A stretch of DNA of 64,000 nucleotides from an uncultured Candidatus Babeliaceae bacterium (GTDB lineage: Bacteria > Babelota > Babeliae > Babelales > Babelaceae): positions 608,001 to 672,000 of the forward strand of contig OY969927.1 in the NCBI GenBank assembly GCA_963704655.1. Direction: 5' to 3'. The notes under the pieces are model-generated. The model saw only the letters and a list, made by a program, of their open reading frames with translations, had not been told where the DNA came from and did no database searches. The position numbers were made by a program, and so were the translations under genes. The first letter of the stretch is position 1. Each line of letters begins with the position of its first letter. Below, piece by piece: positions 21,450 through 31,303 of the stretch.

Positions 21450-22057
21450 AAGAGACGCCTTTCTGCTAAAGCTTTAAATACGGTGACACGGTCAACAGAT
21501 TCTAATGATGAACCAACCGGTACACCTCGTGATAAACAGGTAATTTTAAACGTACGTTCTGGGTACGCCTGATTAATTTTTCGTGCAATATATGATGATG
21601 TTGCCTCGCCTTCTGGCGTTTGATTTAATGCAAATATCAGCTCTGTACACGAAGATGATAAACGATTTACCAGCTGCGGGACTGAAAGATCTTCAGGCGC
21701 AATGCCATCAAGGGGAGAAATCGCGCCACCCAGCACATGATACACACCGGTAAATCCGCCCGTTTTTTCAATTGCATACAAATCATACCACGTTTCAACT
21801 ACACAAATGATACCCTTGTCACGCGCAGGCGATGAACAGTAGGTACAACTACCCTGCTTTTCTTGCCATGCACAACAAACGTCACACTTTTTAAGACCGG
21901 CATGAGCCTCTTGCAAAGTCGCGTTAAATTGCGCAAGCCGCTGCGCATCCATCTGTAAAAAATGGTGCGCAACACGATACAAGTTTTTTGAAGCAAGATA
22001 GGGAACCTGCTGCAACTGTTTTAAAAGCTTTGTGAGTGTTGGTAACTGATCATTCAT
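21446..22057 (-). CDS. recR: Recombination mediator RecR
   Basis: C4 zinc finger, ICVVE, YHVLGGAISPLDG, EGEAT, RGVPVG. Confidence 0.95.
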   Translation of the reverse strand: MNDQLPTLTKLLKQLQQVPYLASKNLYRVAHHFLQMDAQRLAQFNATLQEAHAGLKKCDVCCAWQEKQGSCTYCSSPARDKGIICVVETWYDLYAIEKTGGFTGVYHVLGGAISPLDGIAPEDLSVPQLVNRLSSSCTELIFALNQTPEGEATSSYIARKINQAYPERTFKITCLSRGVPVGSSLESVDRVTVFKALAERRLF

Positions 22058-22078
22058 AATAACTTCATACCCTTAAGT

Positions 22079-22164
22079 GTGTCACCCTGAGCGTGTCTCA
22101 GGGTCTTATTCGCTAACCCTTCGACAAGCTCAGGATGAGCGATTTTTTTAGTCCGGGATGACAC
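22079..22164. repeat. REP-like element (GTGTCACCCTGA...GGGATGACAC) containing a nested stem-loop repeat
   Basis: Terminal inverted repeat GTGTCACCC/GGGATGACAC; inner CGCTAACCCTTCGACAAGCTCAGGATGAGCG at 22111-22141. Confidence 0.75.
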
Positions 22165-22171
22165 GATTTTT

Positions 22172-23740
22172 TTACGCAAACAATTTTTTTGTTTCAGTAA
22201 CTGCAAGTCTGGTTACAATATTAGTTAAAATAAAGAGCACCAAGCCGGCAGAAAAGGTTGTCATAAGCCCACCAATCAATAATGCCATACCAAAGGTAAT
22301 CGCATTTTGGCGTATATCAACTTTACTTCCCGATAATTTTGTAAAGAGCGGGAACACAATGCCAACAAAGACACACAGGGGCAAAATATAATACGGGTCC
22401 TTTGCCGAAAGATCGGTGATCCAGCCATAAAATGGCGCATTATAGAGCTCTACCGATGATGAAAGAACTTTATTTAATCCGATAAAGAAGAACGTTTGCA
22501 GCACAAATGACAAACAGCCCAAGGCATCAAAATTGCCATGTTTTTGGATAAGCTCAGATTTTTCCTGCGCTAAGCGTTCTTTGTCATGCTTATATTTTTG
22601 TTCAATGTATTGCATCTTTTTACTAAAATCAGTTGCTTTTTGAATAGATTTCTCACCACGTGACGTGAACGGCAAAAGAAGAAGATTCATCAAAACAGTA
22701 AGAATAATAATGGCAAGCCCAAAATTATGAACAAAGTCATATAAAAATTTAAGGGCAAACAACAATGGCCGCGCTATAAGAGTAAACCAGCCATAATCAA
22801 GAAGCTCAGTTAAGCGGACATCGCTCTTTTCAAGTGTTTCATACTCTTTCGGGCCACAGTACCATGACAAGGTAAACGTTGTAGGCACAGAGACTTCAGG
22901 TCCTTCAACAATACACTCTAAAAGAGCATGTGTTGAATGTTCTTGTTTTGTTGCAGCAAAATATGATCGCTGCGCAAAAGTAGGGCTAGTTTTAACAAGC
23001 GCATTTACAAAATAGCGGTCTGCAAGGCCTGACAATGTTGGCTGAGCAAATGCTTTATCGGTGATCTCTGATGTTTTAAGACGCTGCAATGAGTCTTTTT
23101 GATTATTTACTAACGCAAGATCATAATAATCTGTCGTTTCTAGACCTGCAAGCTGCGGTGCTGGAAAGATAATGCGCGGGGCAACAGGAGTATATGGATT
23201 AATCGTTAGGGTCATATCGATCACATAACTTGAATCATAGACTTTATACTGCTTTATAACTTTACCAAGCGCGCTTTCTGATTCATAGGTGATAGTGTGT
23301 ACGCCGTCTGTGTAGTCTTGTGCTGTTAATTCGTAGTCCAATGGGGTATCTTTATCAAACGCAACCAAGAACGAACGTTGTGTGCCATTAAGAGTCGGTG
23401 TTATAATCTCAAGAGACTTTTCAACATGGCCGCTTACCTTTTTACACACCACGTGATGTATGGTTGCACCCTGCGATGAGAACGCTATATCGCTATAAGG
23501 CGTTGATATAGATGTAATTTTTGGTTGATTTTTTGAAAAAAGAGCGATATCCTCATCTAAAAAATTAACTTCCGTTGCAAGAGGCTTATTCATTTGCTCT
23601 GGGAGAGTTACATGAAAAGCTTGTCCAGATTTAATCTCTTGAGTATCTTTAATAAAGAAACGATCAATAATAAAATAATTGATCAACATTGTAGTAATGA
23701 CTGCAAATGAAAGAGAAATAAACAATTGTTTTGTATCCAT
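22172..23740 (-). CDS. yidC: Membrane protein insertase YidC
   Basis: N-terminal TM, periplasmic domain, GPK, DYGW, NFGLAIIILT, WITDLSAKDPYYILP. Confidence 0.93.
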   Translation of the reverse strand: MDTKQLFISLSFAVITTMLINYFIIDRFFIKDTQEIKSGQAFHVTLPEQMNKPLATEVNFLDEDIALFSKNQPKITSISTPYSDIAFSSQGATIHHVVCKKVSGHVEKSLEIITPTLNGTQRSFLVAFDKDTPLDYELTAQDYTDGVHTITYESESALGKVIKQYKVYDSSYVIDMTLTINPYTPVAPRIIFPAPQLAGLETTDYYDLALVNNQKDSLQRLKTSEITDKAFAQPTLSGLADRYFVNALVKTSPTFAQRSYFAATKQEHSTHALLECIVEGPEVSVPTTFTLSWYCGPKEYETLEKSDVRLTELLDYGWFTLIARPLLFALKFLYDFVHNFGLAIIILTVLMNLLLLPFTSRGEKSIQKATDFSKKMQYIEQKYKHDKERLAQEKSELIQKHGNFDALGCLSFVLQTFFFIGLNKVLSSSVELYNAPFYGWITDLSAKDPYYILPLCVFVGIVFPLFTKLSGSKVDIRQNAITFGMALLIGGLMTTFSAGLVLFILTNIVTRLAVTETKKLFA

Positions 23741-23862
23741 GAGGTTTTACCGGTAAAAATGATATACGTTATTTATAAATATGATACCATGAAGAACCAC
23801 ATTCTGCTAGCACGTAACGCGCATGAGGCGCATAAGAAGAACACGCTAAAAAGGAGCACTTT

Positions 23863-24291
23863 ATGAAAATTTCAAAGCAAAAATTTCGCATAGGCGAGCT
23901 TGCGACAAAACTCGAAGTAGAACGTTTTGTTATCCGCTTTTGGGAAAAAGAGTTTAGTATAAAAGGCTTTAGATCTGAAGGCGGACAGCGCTTTTATGAT
24001 GATAAAGATCTTAAGAAGTTCGAACTCATTAAAGATCTTTTATACGGCAAAGGCTTTACAATATCCGGCGCTAAAAAATATCTTAAAGAGCATAAAAATA
24101 ATGCTCAAAAGCTTCTTAACGAGGCCCATATTATTGCTTCAAGCATAACAACTATGGATCAAGAGCAAACTTCTGAAAAGCCAGTTGATGGCCGTCGCAA
24201 AAAGCACCAGCAAGTTGAACTCCCAGAAGATATCGCATCACAAATAGTTCAATTACAGAAAAAATTGCTTAAGTTACGCGAACTTCTTTAA
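23863..24291 (+). CDS. MerR-family transcriptional regulator
   Basis: FRIGELA...VIRFWEKEF...GGQRFY...LLY.KGFTISGAK HTH. Confidence 0.85.
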   Translation: MKISKQKFRIGELATKLEVERFVIRFWEKEFSIKGFRSEGGQRFYDDKDLKKFELIKDLLYGKGFTISGAKKYLKEHKNNAQKLLNEAHIIASSITTMDQEQTSEKPVDGRRKKHQQVELPEDIASQIVQLQKKLLKLRELL

Positions 24292-24358
24292 TAGCATCTA
24301 TCGCCTATCTGCATTGCTTGAACACGGCAGATAGGCTCACCCGTAAAAATGTTTAACC

Positions 24359-25768
24359 ATGTATAAGAAAAAAAATCATATTCATTTTATCGGCATTGGC
24401 GGCATCGGCATGAGTGGAATAGCCACGATTTTAAAAAATCAAGGCTATCATATCTCTGGTTGTGACAACGACCTTGAACAAAAAAGTGTTCATGACTTAA
24501 CACTCCTGGGATGCTCCATTTATGCAGGCAACAATAGTACAGCCTGTAACGACCCATCAATCGATATTCTGGTCTACTCTTCTGCCATTAAAGCTGACAA
24601 CCCAGAAATTCTTGCAGCTCAAAAACGTGGAATTCCTACGATATCACGCGCATTAATGCTTGCAGAGCTCATGCGCACCAAATATAGCGTTGCTATTGCC
24701 GGTGCCCATGGAAAGACGACCACGACCTCTATGATTTCACATATTCTTATCGAGGCACAAACTGATCCAACAGTGATTATTGGTGGCCACCTTAAAAATA
24801 TCTCCAGTAACGCGCGTTTTGGTAAAGGTGATTTTTTAGTCGCCGAAGCTGATGAAAGCGATAAATCACTCTTGCGCCTTTACCCCACTATCGCCGTAGT
24901 TACCAATATCGACTTGGAACATATTGACGTCTATAAAGATATTGAAGATATCAAAAATACGTTTAAAAAATTTCTTGAAAATATTCCATTCTATGGAAAA
25001 GCGATACTCTGCGATGATGACCAGAATATTGATGCGATACTGCCGTTAACTACCACTAAAACTATACGTTATGGTTTTAAGCCAACTTCAGACATCTATG
25101 GACAGGATATTACGCTACAAAAAACATTTTCTACCTGCACGGTATGGAAACGTGGCTCATCGCAACCGCTTGGCGCACTCTATTTAACCATGCCAGGCCG
25201 GCATAACTTGTTAAATGCACTTGCTGCGATAACCGTATGCCTTGAGCTAGATATTCCATTTCAAACGATCCTGAGCGCACTTGCAAACTTTAAGGGCATC
25301 GACAGACGCTTTACTCTTAAAGGGACGCATAATGGCGCACTAGTTTTTGATGATTATGGGCATCACCCAACAGAGATTGCACAAACACTTAAAGTTGCCC
25401 GCAAACGAACAGATGGTAAACTTGTTGTTGCTTTCCAGCCACACCGGTATACTCGCACGGCTGGTTTATGGAACGACTTTATTGAACTGTTTTCACAAAA
25501 GGACACGATTGATCACTTGATTATTACGGATATTTATCCTGCAAGTGAGGCGCCTATTGCCGATATCACCAGTGAGCGATTTGTAGCTGAACTTAAGGCA
25601 AAAAACCCTACGCTTTCAATCACCTACTGCCCTTTAGATGACACGTTTACAACTATTAAACAAAATCTTATTGATAAATTAGCGCAAGGCGATTTACTTC
25701 TTTTACAGGGGGCCGGTAAAATTAATAAACTGGTTAATTACTTAGAGATACAAAAAGAAGATAATTAA
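24359..25768 (+). CDS. murC: UDP-N-acetylmuramate--L-alanine ligase
   Basis: HFIGIGGIGMSGIA, GAHGKTTTT, EADESD, DDYGHHPTE, FQPHRYTR. Confidence 0.96.
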   Translation: MYKKKNHIHFIGIGGIGMSGIATILKNQGYHISGCDNDLEQKSVHDLTLLGCSIYAGNNSTACNDPSIDILVYSSAIKADNPEILAAQKRGIPTISRALMLAELMRTKYSVAIAGAHGKTTTTSMISHILIEAQTDPTVIIGGHLKNISSNARFGKGDFLVAEADESDKSLLRLYPTIAVVTNIDLEHIDVYKDIEDIKNTFKKFLENIPFYGKAILCDDDQNIDAILPLTTTKTIRYGFKPTSDIYGQDITLQKTFSTCTVWKRGSSQPLGALYLTMPGRHNLLNALAAITVCLELDIPFQTILSALANFKGIDRRFTLKGTHNGALVFDDYGHHPTEIAQTLKVARKRTDGKLVVAFQPHRYTRTAGLWNDFIELFSQKDTIDHLIITDIYPASEAPIADITSERFVAELKAKNPTLSITYCPLDDTFTTIKQNLIDKLAQGDLLLLQGAGKINKLVNYLEIQKEDN

Positions 25769-25787
25769 GTTCTTAAAAAGGGCACGT

Positions 25788-26078
25788 GTGAAAAAAATTC
25801 TGCTGAGCTTACTACTTTGCTCAATTTCACTTAATGCAGGCAAATTTGATGAATGGATACAAGAATTAGGCCGAAATGAATTTTTAGAACATTATCTTAA
25901 AACAAGAGCTGAGCTGCTCAGCACAATAACTGATTTGCAGAAAGCACTTAACATATTAGGTGACTCAGAGCATAAGAAATTCTTAGAAGATCTTCTGCAA
26001 CGGGAAAGAATTACCCTTAAACGGGCAGAAAGAAAAATTCATTATTACACACCTAAACAACCTGCTGCGAAATACTAA
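25788..26078 (+). CDS. Small secreted hypothetical protein
   Basis: GTG start; signal peptide ending SLNA; helical. Confidence 0.6.
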   Translation: MKKILLSLLLCSISLNAGKFDEWIQELGRNEFLEHYLKTRAELLSTITDLQKALNILGDSEHKKFLEDLLQRERITLKRAERKIHYYTPKQPAAKY

Positions 26079-26151
26079 TTATTGAGTTTCCCCCGTAATT
26101 TTGGCCATACTAACAAGTAGGGATAGAACTTTTTTATAAAAGGGGATTAGT

Positions 26152-26529
26152 ATGAATAGATTCAAAAATGTACTTATGGACGTTTTGCTTATTGTCTCAT
26201 GCGCAACTCTGCACGCAGGTAACGGTAGTGCAGGCTGGGGAGCATTTGGTGGTACACTAGGTGGTAGCATGTTGGGAACAATGGCCGGAAACGCCATTGC
26301 AAATAGACCAGCACGAACAGAAGTTGTGCAAGTGCCCGTGCAACAAGCGCCCGCGCCACGCGATGATTATGACGATTCTGCAGCTGTACGTAAACTTAAA
26401 AGAGAGAATAAAGAACTTGCTGCCGAAGTCGAAGAACTTTCTGATGAAGTTATAGCGCTCAAAAAAGAGATTAAAAAACTTAAAGCAGAAAAAAGTGGTA
26501 AAACTTCCCGCGCTGCAGCAGCTGCATAA
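26152..26529 (+). CDS. Secreted glycine-zipper/coiled-coil protein
   Basis: Signal peptide, GxxxGxxxG segment, C-terminal coiled coil; AGGGG RBS. Confidence 0.68.
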   Translation: MNRFKNVLMDVLLIVSCATLHAGNGSAGWGAFGGTLGGSMLGTMAGNAIANRPARTEVVQVPVQQAPAPRDDYDDSAAVRKLKRENKELAAEVEELSDEVIALKKEIKKLKAEKSGKTSRAAAAA

Positions 26530-26551
26530 GTAAACCAAATTATTAAATTAT

Positions 26552-26586
26552 AAAAAAAAGCCCCGATTTTCTCGAGGGCTTTTTTA
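26552..26586. terminator. Bidirectional terminator, GCCCCGA family
   Basis: A8 GCCCCGA ttttc TCGAGGGC T7. Confidence 0.75.
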
Positions 26587-26655
26587 ACTTACTATAAGAT
26601 TTTATTCCAGAGCCATGACAAATAATTTAATTTTTAGCTTAAACACACTTGATTC

Positions 26656-27090
26656 TTATTTTTCAATTTCGCCATCCTCATCTATGATAATAGAGCGATT
26701 TGCTGATAAATAGCTCAAAACATTTACCTTTTTAAGGTTAGCAAGCTCAAGCCTTTCTTGTATTTTATCGCGCGGGTAGTCATAGAAAGTAAGAGTGAAT
26801 TTTTCAAAATCATTCATGAGATACGTCATATGAATAAGATACAACTTCTTAGCAGTTTGAATTGCCGGAAGTCTTACCTGATTTTCTGCAACGCTCTCTT
26901 CAAATAATTTAGCATACGTAAGCTCATACTTACAATCATGCTCAATCTCAATAGGTTTTCTTTCCTTTTTATTAAAGGGTAAAAACAGTTGTATATTTTT
27001 GTCACTCAAATTTAATATTTTAATTGTTTGATTCGGAGCATAAAGAATAGATACAAAAATACAACTTAAGACTATTACTAACTTCTTCAT
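26656..27090 (-). CDS. Secreted hypothetical protein
   Basis: MKKLVIVLSCIFVSILYA signal peptide; start 27090 or 27096. Confidence 0.6.
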   Translation of the reverse strand: MKKLVIVLSCIFVSILYAPNQTIKILNLSDKNIQLFLPFNKKERKPIEIEHDCKYELTYAKLFEESVAENQVRLPAIQTAKKLYLIHMTYLMNDFEKFTLTFYDYPRDKIQERLELANLKKVNVLSYLSANRSIIIDEDGEIEK

Positions 27091-27143
27091 ATTCATTTTT
27101 TTTTCCAAAAAAAAGCCCTCTGTTTAAGAGGGCTTAAATATCT

Positions 27144-27557
27144 TTATGAACGAGTGCCAAAGAAAATGACCACTCGGTTATCGGGACGAATCGAAACGGT
27201 ACAAAACTTTTGAGGCTTCTCAAAAACGAGTAATACTTCAGATTCAACGCTAAAAAGATGTAACTCTTTCCAGCCTAAGCGCTCCATCTCAAATTGATAG
27301 AACTTAACCAGGTCACCCAGTTCAAAGGTACTTATAAAAGTAAGCCCTGTAGAATCTGCCGTAGAACCACTCAAAGTATGAGGGGCCACCTGTACAGGCA
27401 AGGGTATATCGGTAAGATGCGCTTCGCTTTTTAGAACGGGCTGCTCGTCATAGTAATGATGCGAAACATTGTTACTTAATTTCTTGTAACACGCAGGCAA
27501 AATTAGTATACAACAAAGAACAAACCAATTACTTAGCTGCCGCTGTTTTTTGAGCAT
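27144..27557 (-). CDS. Putative lipoprotein
   Basis: Lipobox-like LILPAC; DIPLP, FYQFEMERLGW; start uncertain, overlaps rplS end. Confidence 0.6.
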   Translation of the reverse strand: MLKKQRQLSNWFVLCCILILPACYKKLSNNVSHHYYDEQPVLKSEAHLTDIPLPVQVAPHTLSGSTADSTGLTFISTFELGDLVKFYQFEMERLGWKELHLFSVESEVLLVFEKPQKFCTVSIRPDNRVVIFFGTRS

Positions 27558-27942
27558 GTGCTGCATTTTTTTGCTCTTTAGTAAGAACTTTTTCTTTAAC
27601 GCGTGCAGCTTTACCAATACGTGTTCTCATATAATATAATTTTGAACGACGCACATCACCTTGATGGACATACTTAATAGAGTCAATCGCAGGTGAGTAG
27701 AATGGTAAGATACGTTCGATAGAGATACCGTTAGCACCGATTCTACGAATGGTAAAGGTTGAAGAAGCGCCGCTTTTATGCATTGCAATAACGTCACCTT
27801 CAAACATTTGAAGACGCTCTTTATCGCCCTCTTTAATCTTTAACGCAACTTCGATACAGTCGCCAACTTGAAACTTTGGAAAGCCACGGTCATATTGGCC
27901 AAGCTCTTTAATTGTTTCTTTGGTATATTTTGGTGATTTCAT
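27529..27942 (-). CDS. rplS: 50S ribosomal protein L19
   Basis: IKEGDKERLQMFEG, GDVRRSKLYYMR. Confidence 0.96.
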   Translation of the reverse strand: MKSPKYTKETIKELGQYDRGFPKFQVGDCIEVALKIKEGDKERLQMFEGDVIAMHKSGASSTFTIRRIGANGISIERILPFYSPAIDSIKYVHQGDVRRSKLYYMRTRIGKAARVKEKVLTKEQKNAAHAQKTAAAK

Positions 27943-27991
27943 AATAATCCTTAATTATAACTTTTTACCTTCTTACTATACTAAAAAAAAT

Positions 27992-29314
27992 TCATACTGT
28001 CTTCTTATTTTTCCCCAACCACCGATCCAGTATCACTGCAGCTGCCGAACGTACCGACAGATGGTTAAATGAAGAGAAACCCTCAAGTGGAACCAAGCGA
28101 TAATCGCATCGTTCCATCAATTCAGGAGTTAATCCCCTACCAGTGCCAAGCACAATCAAGACGGGCCGATCACAAGACCAGACCTTTTCTTGATCAAAAA
28201 AGGTAATCGATCCCGGATGAGTATCTGTTTTTGCCCCCGTAGCGACCAAAACAGGCGCTTTACCCTCACGCTGAGTGATCTGCGCGATAACATTTTCAAG
28301 GTTACTTTCTAATATAACATGGTTAAGTGCTTCATGACGATAGTTATTATAAGAAATTCCCGGACCCTCTTGCCAAAAGCCTAAAAGCGTCTTTACAATC
28401 GCCTGTTGATCAACAAGGGGGGTAACAATAAAATAATTTTTTAAACCGTATGTTATTGCAGAACGAGCAATATCATGAATATCAAGGGAGGTAACCGAAG
28501 TAGTACCAACTTTTGTGTTCACTTTATCTTCTGACACTAAAACTTCACTATGCATGAGTACCACATAATGATGCGGCAGATTTTTTTCCACCAGTCGTTC
28601 TTGCTCACTGGTAAACTCTGGATAACTTCGTACCCAATCAAAATGCTGCAACACCGATTCACGCGCAACCTCTTGCTGGCGCCAATCGGCAATAGCTTTA
28701 TGGTTCCCACTGCGCAGCAACTCAGGGACCTGGTGCCCTTTCCACTCAACAGGGGCAGTGTACTCTGGATAATCGACAAATGGCCCTGAAAAGGAATCCA
28801 ACTCAACCGACTCAGACTTACCAACTATAGCAGGAACAAAACGAAGCAGCCCTTCAAGAAAAACCATTGCCGGCACATCGCCACCCATCAAAACAAAGTC
28901 ACCGATTGAGACTATCTCATCGGCATATTCTGTTTCAATGCGCGCGTCCATGCCCTCATAACGCGCAGGCAGAAGCATCAAATGATCTTTTTCTTGAGCA
29001 TGCATGCGATCATAAATAGCGCGTAATGATTTTTGATTGAGTTTTTTTCCTCGAGGAGAAAAAAAGACCTTATACGCGCAACCATGCTGGGCTTCTATAT
29101 CAGTAACGGCGCGTTCGATAATCTCAGGCTTGATAACCATACCAGCACCATGGCCGAATGTAGGACCATCAATGCGCTGTTTAGGCTCTGCATAAGAAAA
29201 AAGATTATAGACATTCGTGTCAATGATGCGCTTTTCTCGAGCACGTTCCACCAAGCTTGTTGAAAAAAAAGGCTTATAGAGTTCAGGGAAAAGCGTAACA
29301 ACAGAGATTTTCAT
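27992..29314 (-). CDS. trmD: tRNA (guanine-N1)-methyltransferase TrmD fused to a second SPOUT (DUF2168-like) domain
   Basis: RYEGMDAR, SIGDFVLMGG, VPELLRSGNH; C-terminal TSLDIHDIARS...LGTGRGL...FNHLSVRSAAAVILDR. Confidence 0.92.
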   Translation of the reverse strand: MKISVVTLFPELYKPFFSTSLVERAREKRIIDTNVYNLFSYAEPKQRIDGPTFGHGAGMVIKPEIIERAVTDIEAQHGCAYKVFFSPRGKKLNQKSLRAIYDRMHAQEKDHLMLLPARYEGMDARIETEYADEIVSIGDFVLMGGDVPAMVFLEGLLRFVPAIVGKSESVELDSFSGPFVDYPEYTAPVEWKGHQVPELLRSGNHKAIADWRQQEVARESVLQHFDWVRSYPEFTSEQERLVEKNLPHHYVVLMHSEVLVSEDKVNTKVGTTSVTSLDIHDIARSAITYGLKNYFIVTPLVDQQAIVKTLLGFWQEGPGISYNNYRHEALNHVILESNLENVIAQITQREGKAPVLVATGAKTDTHPGSITFFDQEKVWSCDRPVLIVLGTGRGLTPELMERCDYRLVPLEGFSSFNHLSVRSAAAVILDRWLGKNKKTV

Positions 29315-29316
29315 AG

Positions 29317-29556
29317 TTAAGCGGCAACGTCGACGACGATCTCTTTAATCTGACCAGGCGCAAGAAGGTTCGAAGCTGTGCGAAGCGCTCTAAAAACGCG
29401 ACCTTCACTGCCGATAACGCGTGCGATATCGCTTCCTGCAACTTTAATTTGAATTACAACAGCAGGGCTATTATCAACTGGCATCTCCTGCACTGAAACA
29501 GCAGATGGGTTGTCGACAAGCCCTTTAACAACAGACTCAATAAATAAGCGAATCAT
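29317..29556 (-). CDS. khpA: KH-domain RNA-binding protein
   Basis: LVDNP, DIARVIGSEGR; between rpsP and trmD. Confidence 0.85.
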   Translation of the reverse strand: MIRLFIESVVKGLVDNPSAVSVQEMPVDNSPAVVIQIKVAGSDIARVIGSEGRVFRALRTASNLLAPGQIKEIVVDVAA

Positions 29557-29571
29557 GATAACTCTTTACCG

Positions 29572-29844
29572 TTAAGCTGCAGCTACCGGTGCTTTTACTA
29601 CTTCAGCTTGTTTTTTAAACGCTTTGTGTAATTTCTTTACTGCATCTGTTTCTTGTGCGCCAAGACCGATCCAATGCTGAATACGAGCTTCATGAAACTG
29701 AACAAACTCTTTTGAACGAGGATTGTAAGTTCCTAAGATTTCAAGTGATGCGCCATCACGTTTTTTACGTTCATCAATTGCGACGATACGATAAAACGGA
29801 GCATTCTTTTTCCCGATACGGGAAAGTCTAATTTTAACTGCCAT
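29572..29844 (-). CDS. rpsP: 30S ribosomal protein S16
   Basis: MAVKIRLSRIGKK..PFYRIVA...RDG...LGTYNP. Confidence 0.96.
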   Translation of the reverse strand: MAVKIRLSRIGKKNAPFYRIVAIDERKKRDGASLEILGTYNPRSKEFVQFHEARIQHWIGLGAQETDAVKKLHKAFKKQAEVVKAPVAAA

Positions 29845-29872
29845 GTAAACCTTTCAACATAATTACATCCCC

Positions 29873-31192
29873 TTAAAAATGGGGTCTTCTCTTTAAGATT
29901 TTAACAAATTGCTGACTTTGTTCAAATCTTTCTAACAATAACCTAATATCTTGCGACGTTGTACCCGAACCTTCAGCAATCCGTTTAGCACGGGATTCAT
30001 TAACAATACGCGCATTAAGACGCTCTTTCAGTGTCATAGAACTGATGATCGCCTTAAATTTCTTCATTTCCCGCTCGCCTTTTTCAATGTGCGATGGATC
30101 GATCTTCATTCCAGGAATTCCCGGGATATACTTCATAAGTGATGACAAACTCCCTAAGGAACTCATCATATCAAGCTGTTTCGCAAAATCTTGTAATGTA
30201 AGCTTACCAGTATTAAATGCCTTTTGAAGATCTTCCTGGTCTGAGACCTTGATCTTCTCGTGCGCTTTTTCAATAAGAGTATGCATATCCCCTAACCCAA
30301 TAATACGATTAGCGATTCGCTCAGGGTTAAAGTACTCTATATCATCAACTTTTTCACCGGTACCCATAAAGATCACCGGCTTTTTAACCATATAATAGCA
30401 GGCAAATGCCGCGCCGCCACGGGTATCGCCATCCATTTTACTCAAGATAACACCAGTTGCATTAATAATCGCCTCAAATGATTGGGCAACACGTAACGAC
30501 TCCTGACCGATCATGCCGTCAAGCACTAAAAAGGTATAGGTAGGCTTAACACGTTTAATAATGCCAGAAAGTTCTGCTAATAACTCTTGGTCAACATGCA
30601 AACGCCCTGCCGTATCGATAAAACAGTGCTCATAATGGTTTTTCTGGGCATACTGCACCGCTTCAGCAGCTGCAGCTATCGGGTCGGTCGCTTGGGCGGC
30701 ATAATAATCTACACCAATGGCTTTTGCCAAAATTTCAAGTTGTTCACGAGCTGCCGGACGGTAGTAATCTACAGAACAAACCAGTATTCTTCTTTTTTTA
30801 TTTCGTTTTGCAGCATCTTTTTGAATAAGATGAGCCAATTTTGCAAGCGTTGTTGTTTTACCAGAACCCTGGAGCCCTGCCATAACAATGACACTTGGAA
30901 TCTGAAAAGAGAAGGCTGTTGCACTCTGCTTGCCACCTAAAAGTTCAACTATACGGTCGTGCACGGCTTTCATCACCAGCTCGGCGGGCTTTAATGAAGA
31001 AAAAAGCTTTTTACCGGCCAAGTCTGTCTGAACCTTCTGAACAAAATGAGTTACCACGTCATAGGGCACATCAGCTTCAAGCAAGGTGTTTTTTACCATC
31101 TCCATAGCCTGGTCCACTGTTTGCTGTGAAACGTTAGACGAAGAAAAACGTGAGAATAAAGCAGAGAATTTTTCGGTTAATGATCCAAACAT
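29873..31192 (-). CDS. ffh: Signal recognition particle protein Ffh
   Basis: LLEADV, GLQGSGKTTT, DTAGR, SKMDGDTRGGAA, M-domain SMT.KER. Confidence 0.95.
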   Translation of the reverse strand: MFGSLTEKFSALFSRFSSSNVSQQTVDQAMEMVKNTLLEADVPYDVVTHFVQKVQTDLAGKKLFSSLKPAELVMKAVHDRIVELLGGKQSATAFSFQIPSVIVMAGLQGSGKTTTLAKLAHLIQKDAAKRNKKRRILVCSVDYYRPAAREQLEILAKAIGVDYYAAQATDPIAAAAEAVQYAQKNHYEHCFIDTAGRLHVDQELLAELSGIIKRVKPTYTFLVLDGMIGQESLRVAQSFEAIINATGVILSKMDGDTRGGAAFACYYMVKKPVIFMGTGEKVDDIEYFNPERIANRIIGLGDMHTLIEKAHEKIKVSDQEDLQKAFNTGKLTLQDFAKQLDMMSSLGSLSSLMKYIPGIPGMKIDPSHIEKGEREMKKFKAIISSMTLKERLNARIVNESRAKRIAEGSGTTSQDIRLLLERFEQSQQFVKILKRRPHF

Positions 31193-31303
31193 CGGGGTAC
31201 CTCAACGACATTAAACTTCTAATAAAGTTGTAAAACTCGTATATGAACGCTAAACTTATAATATATATTTATAGTATTATACCCTAAAAATGAGTAAACG
31301 GTA

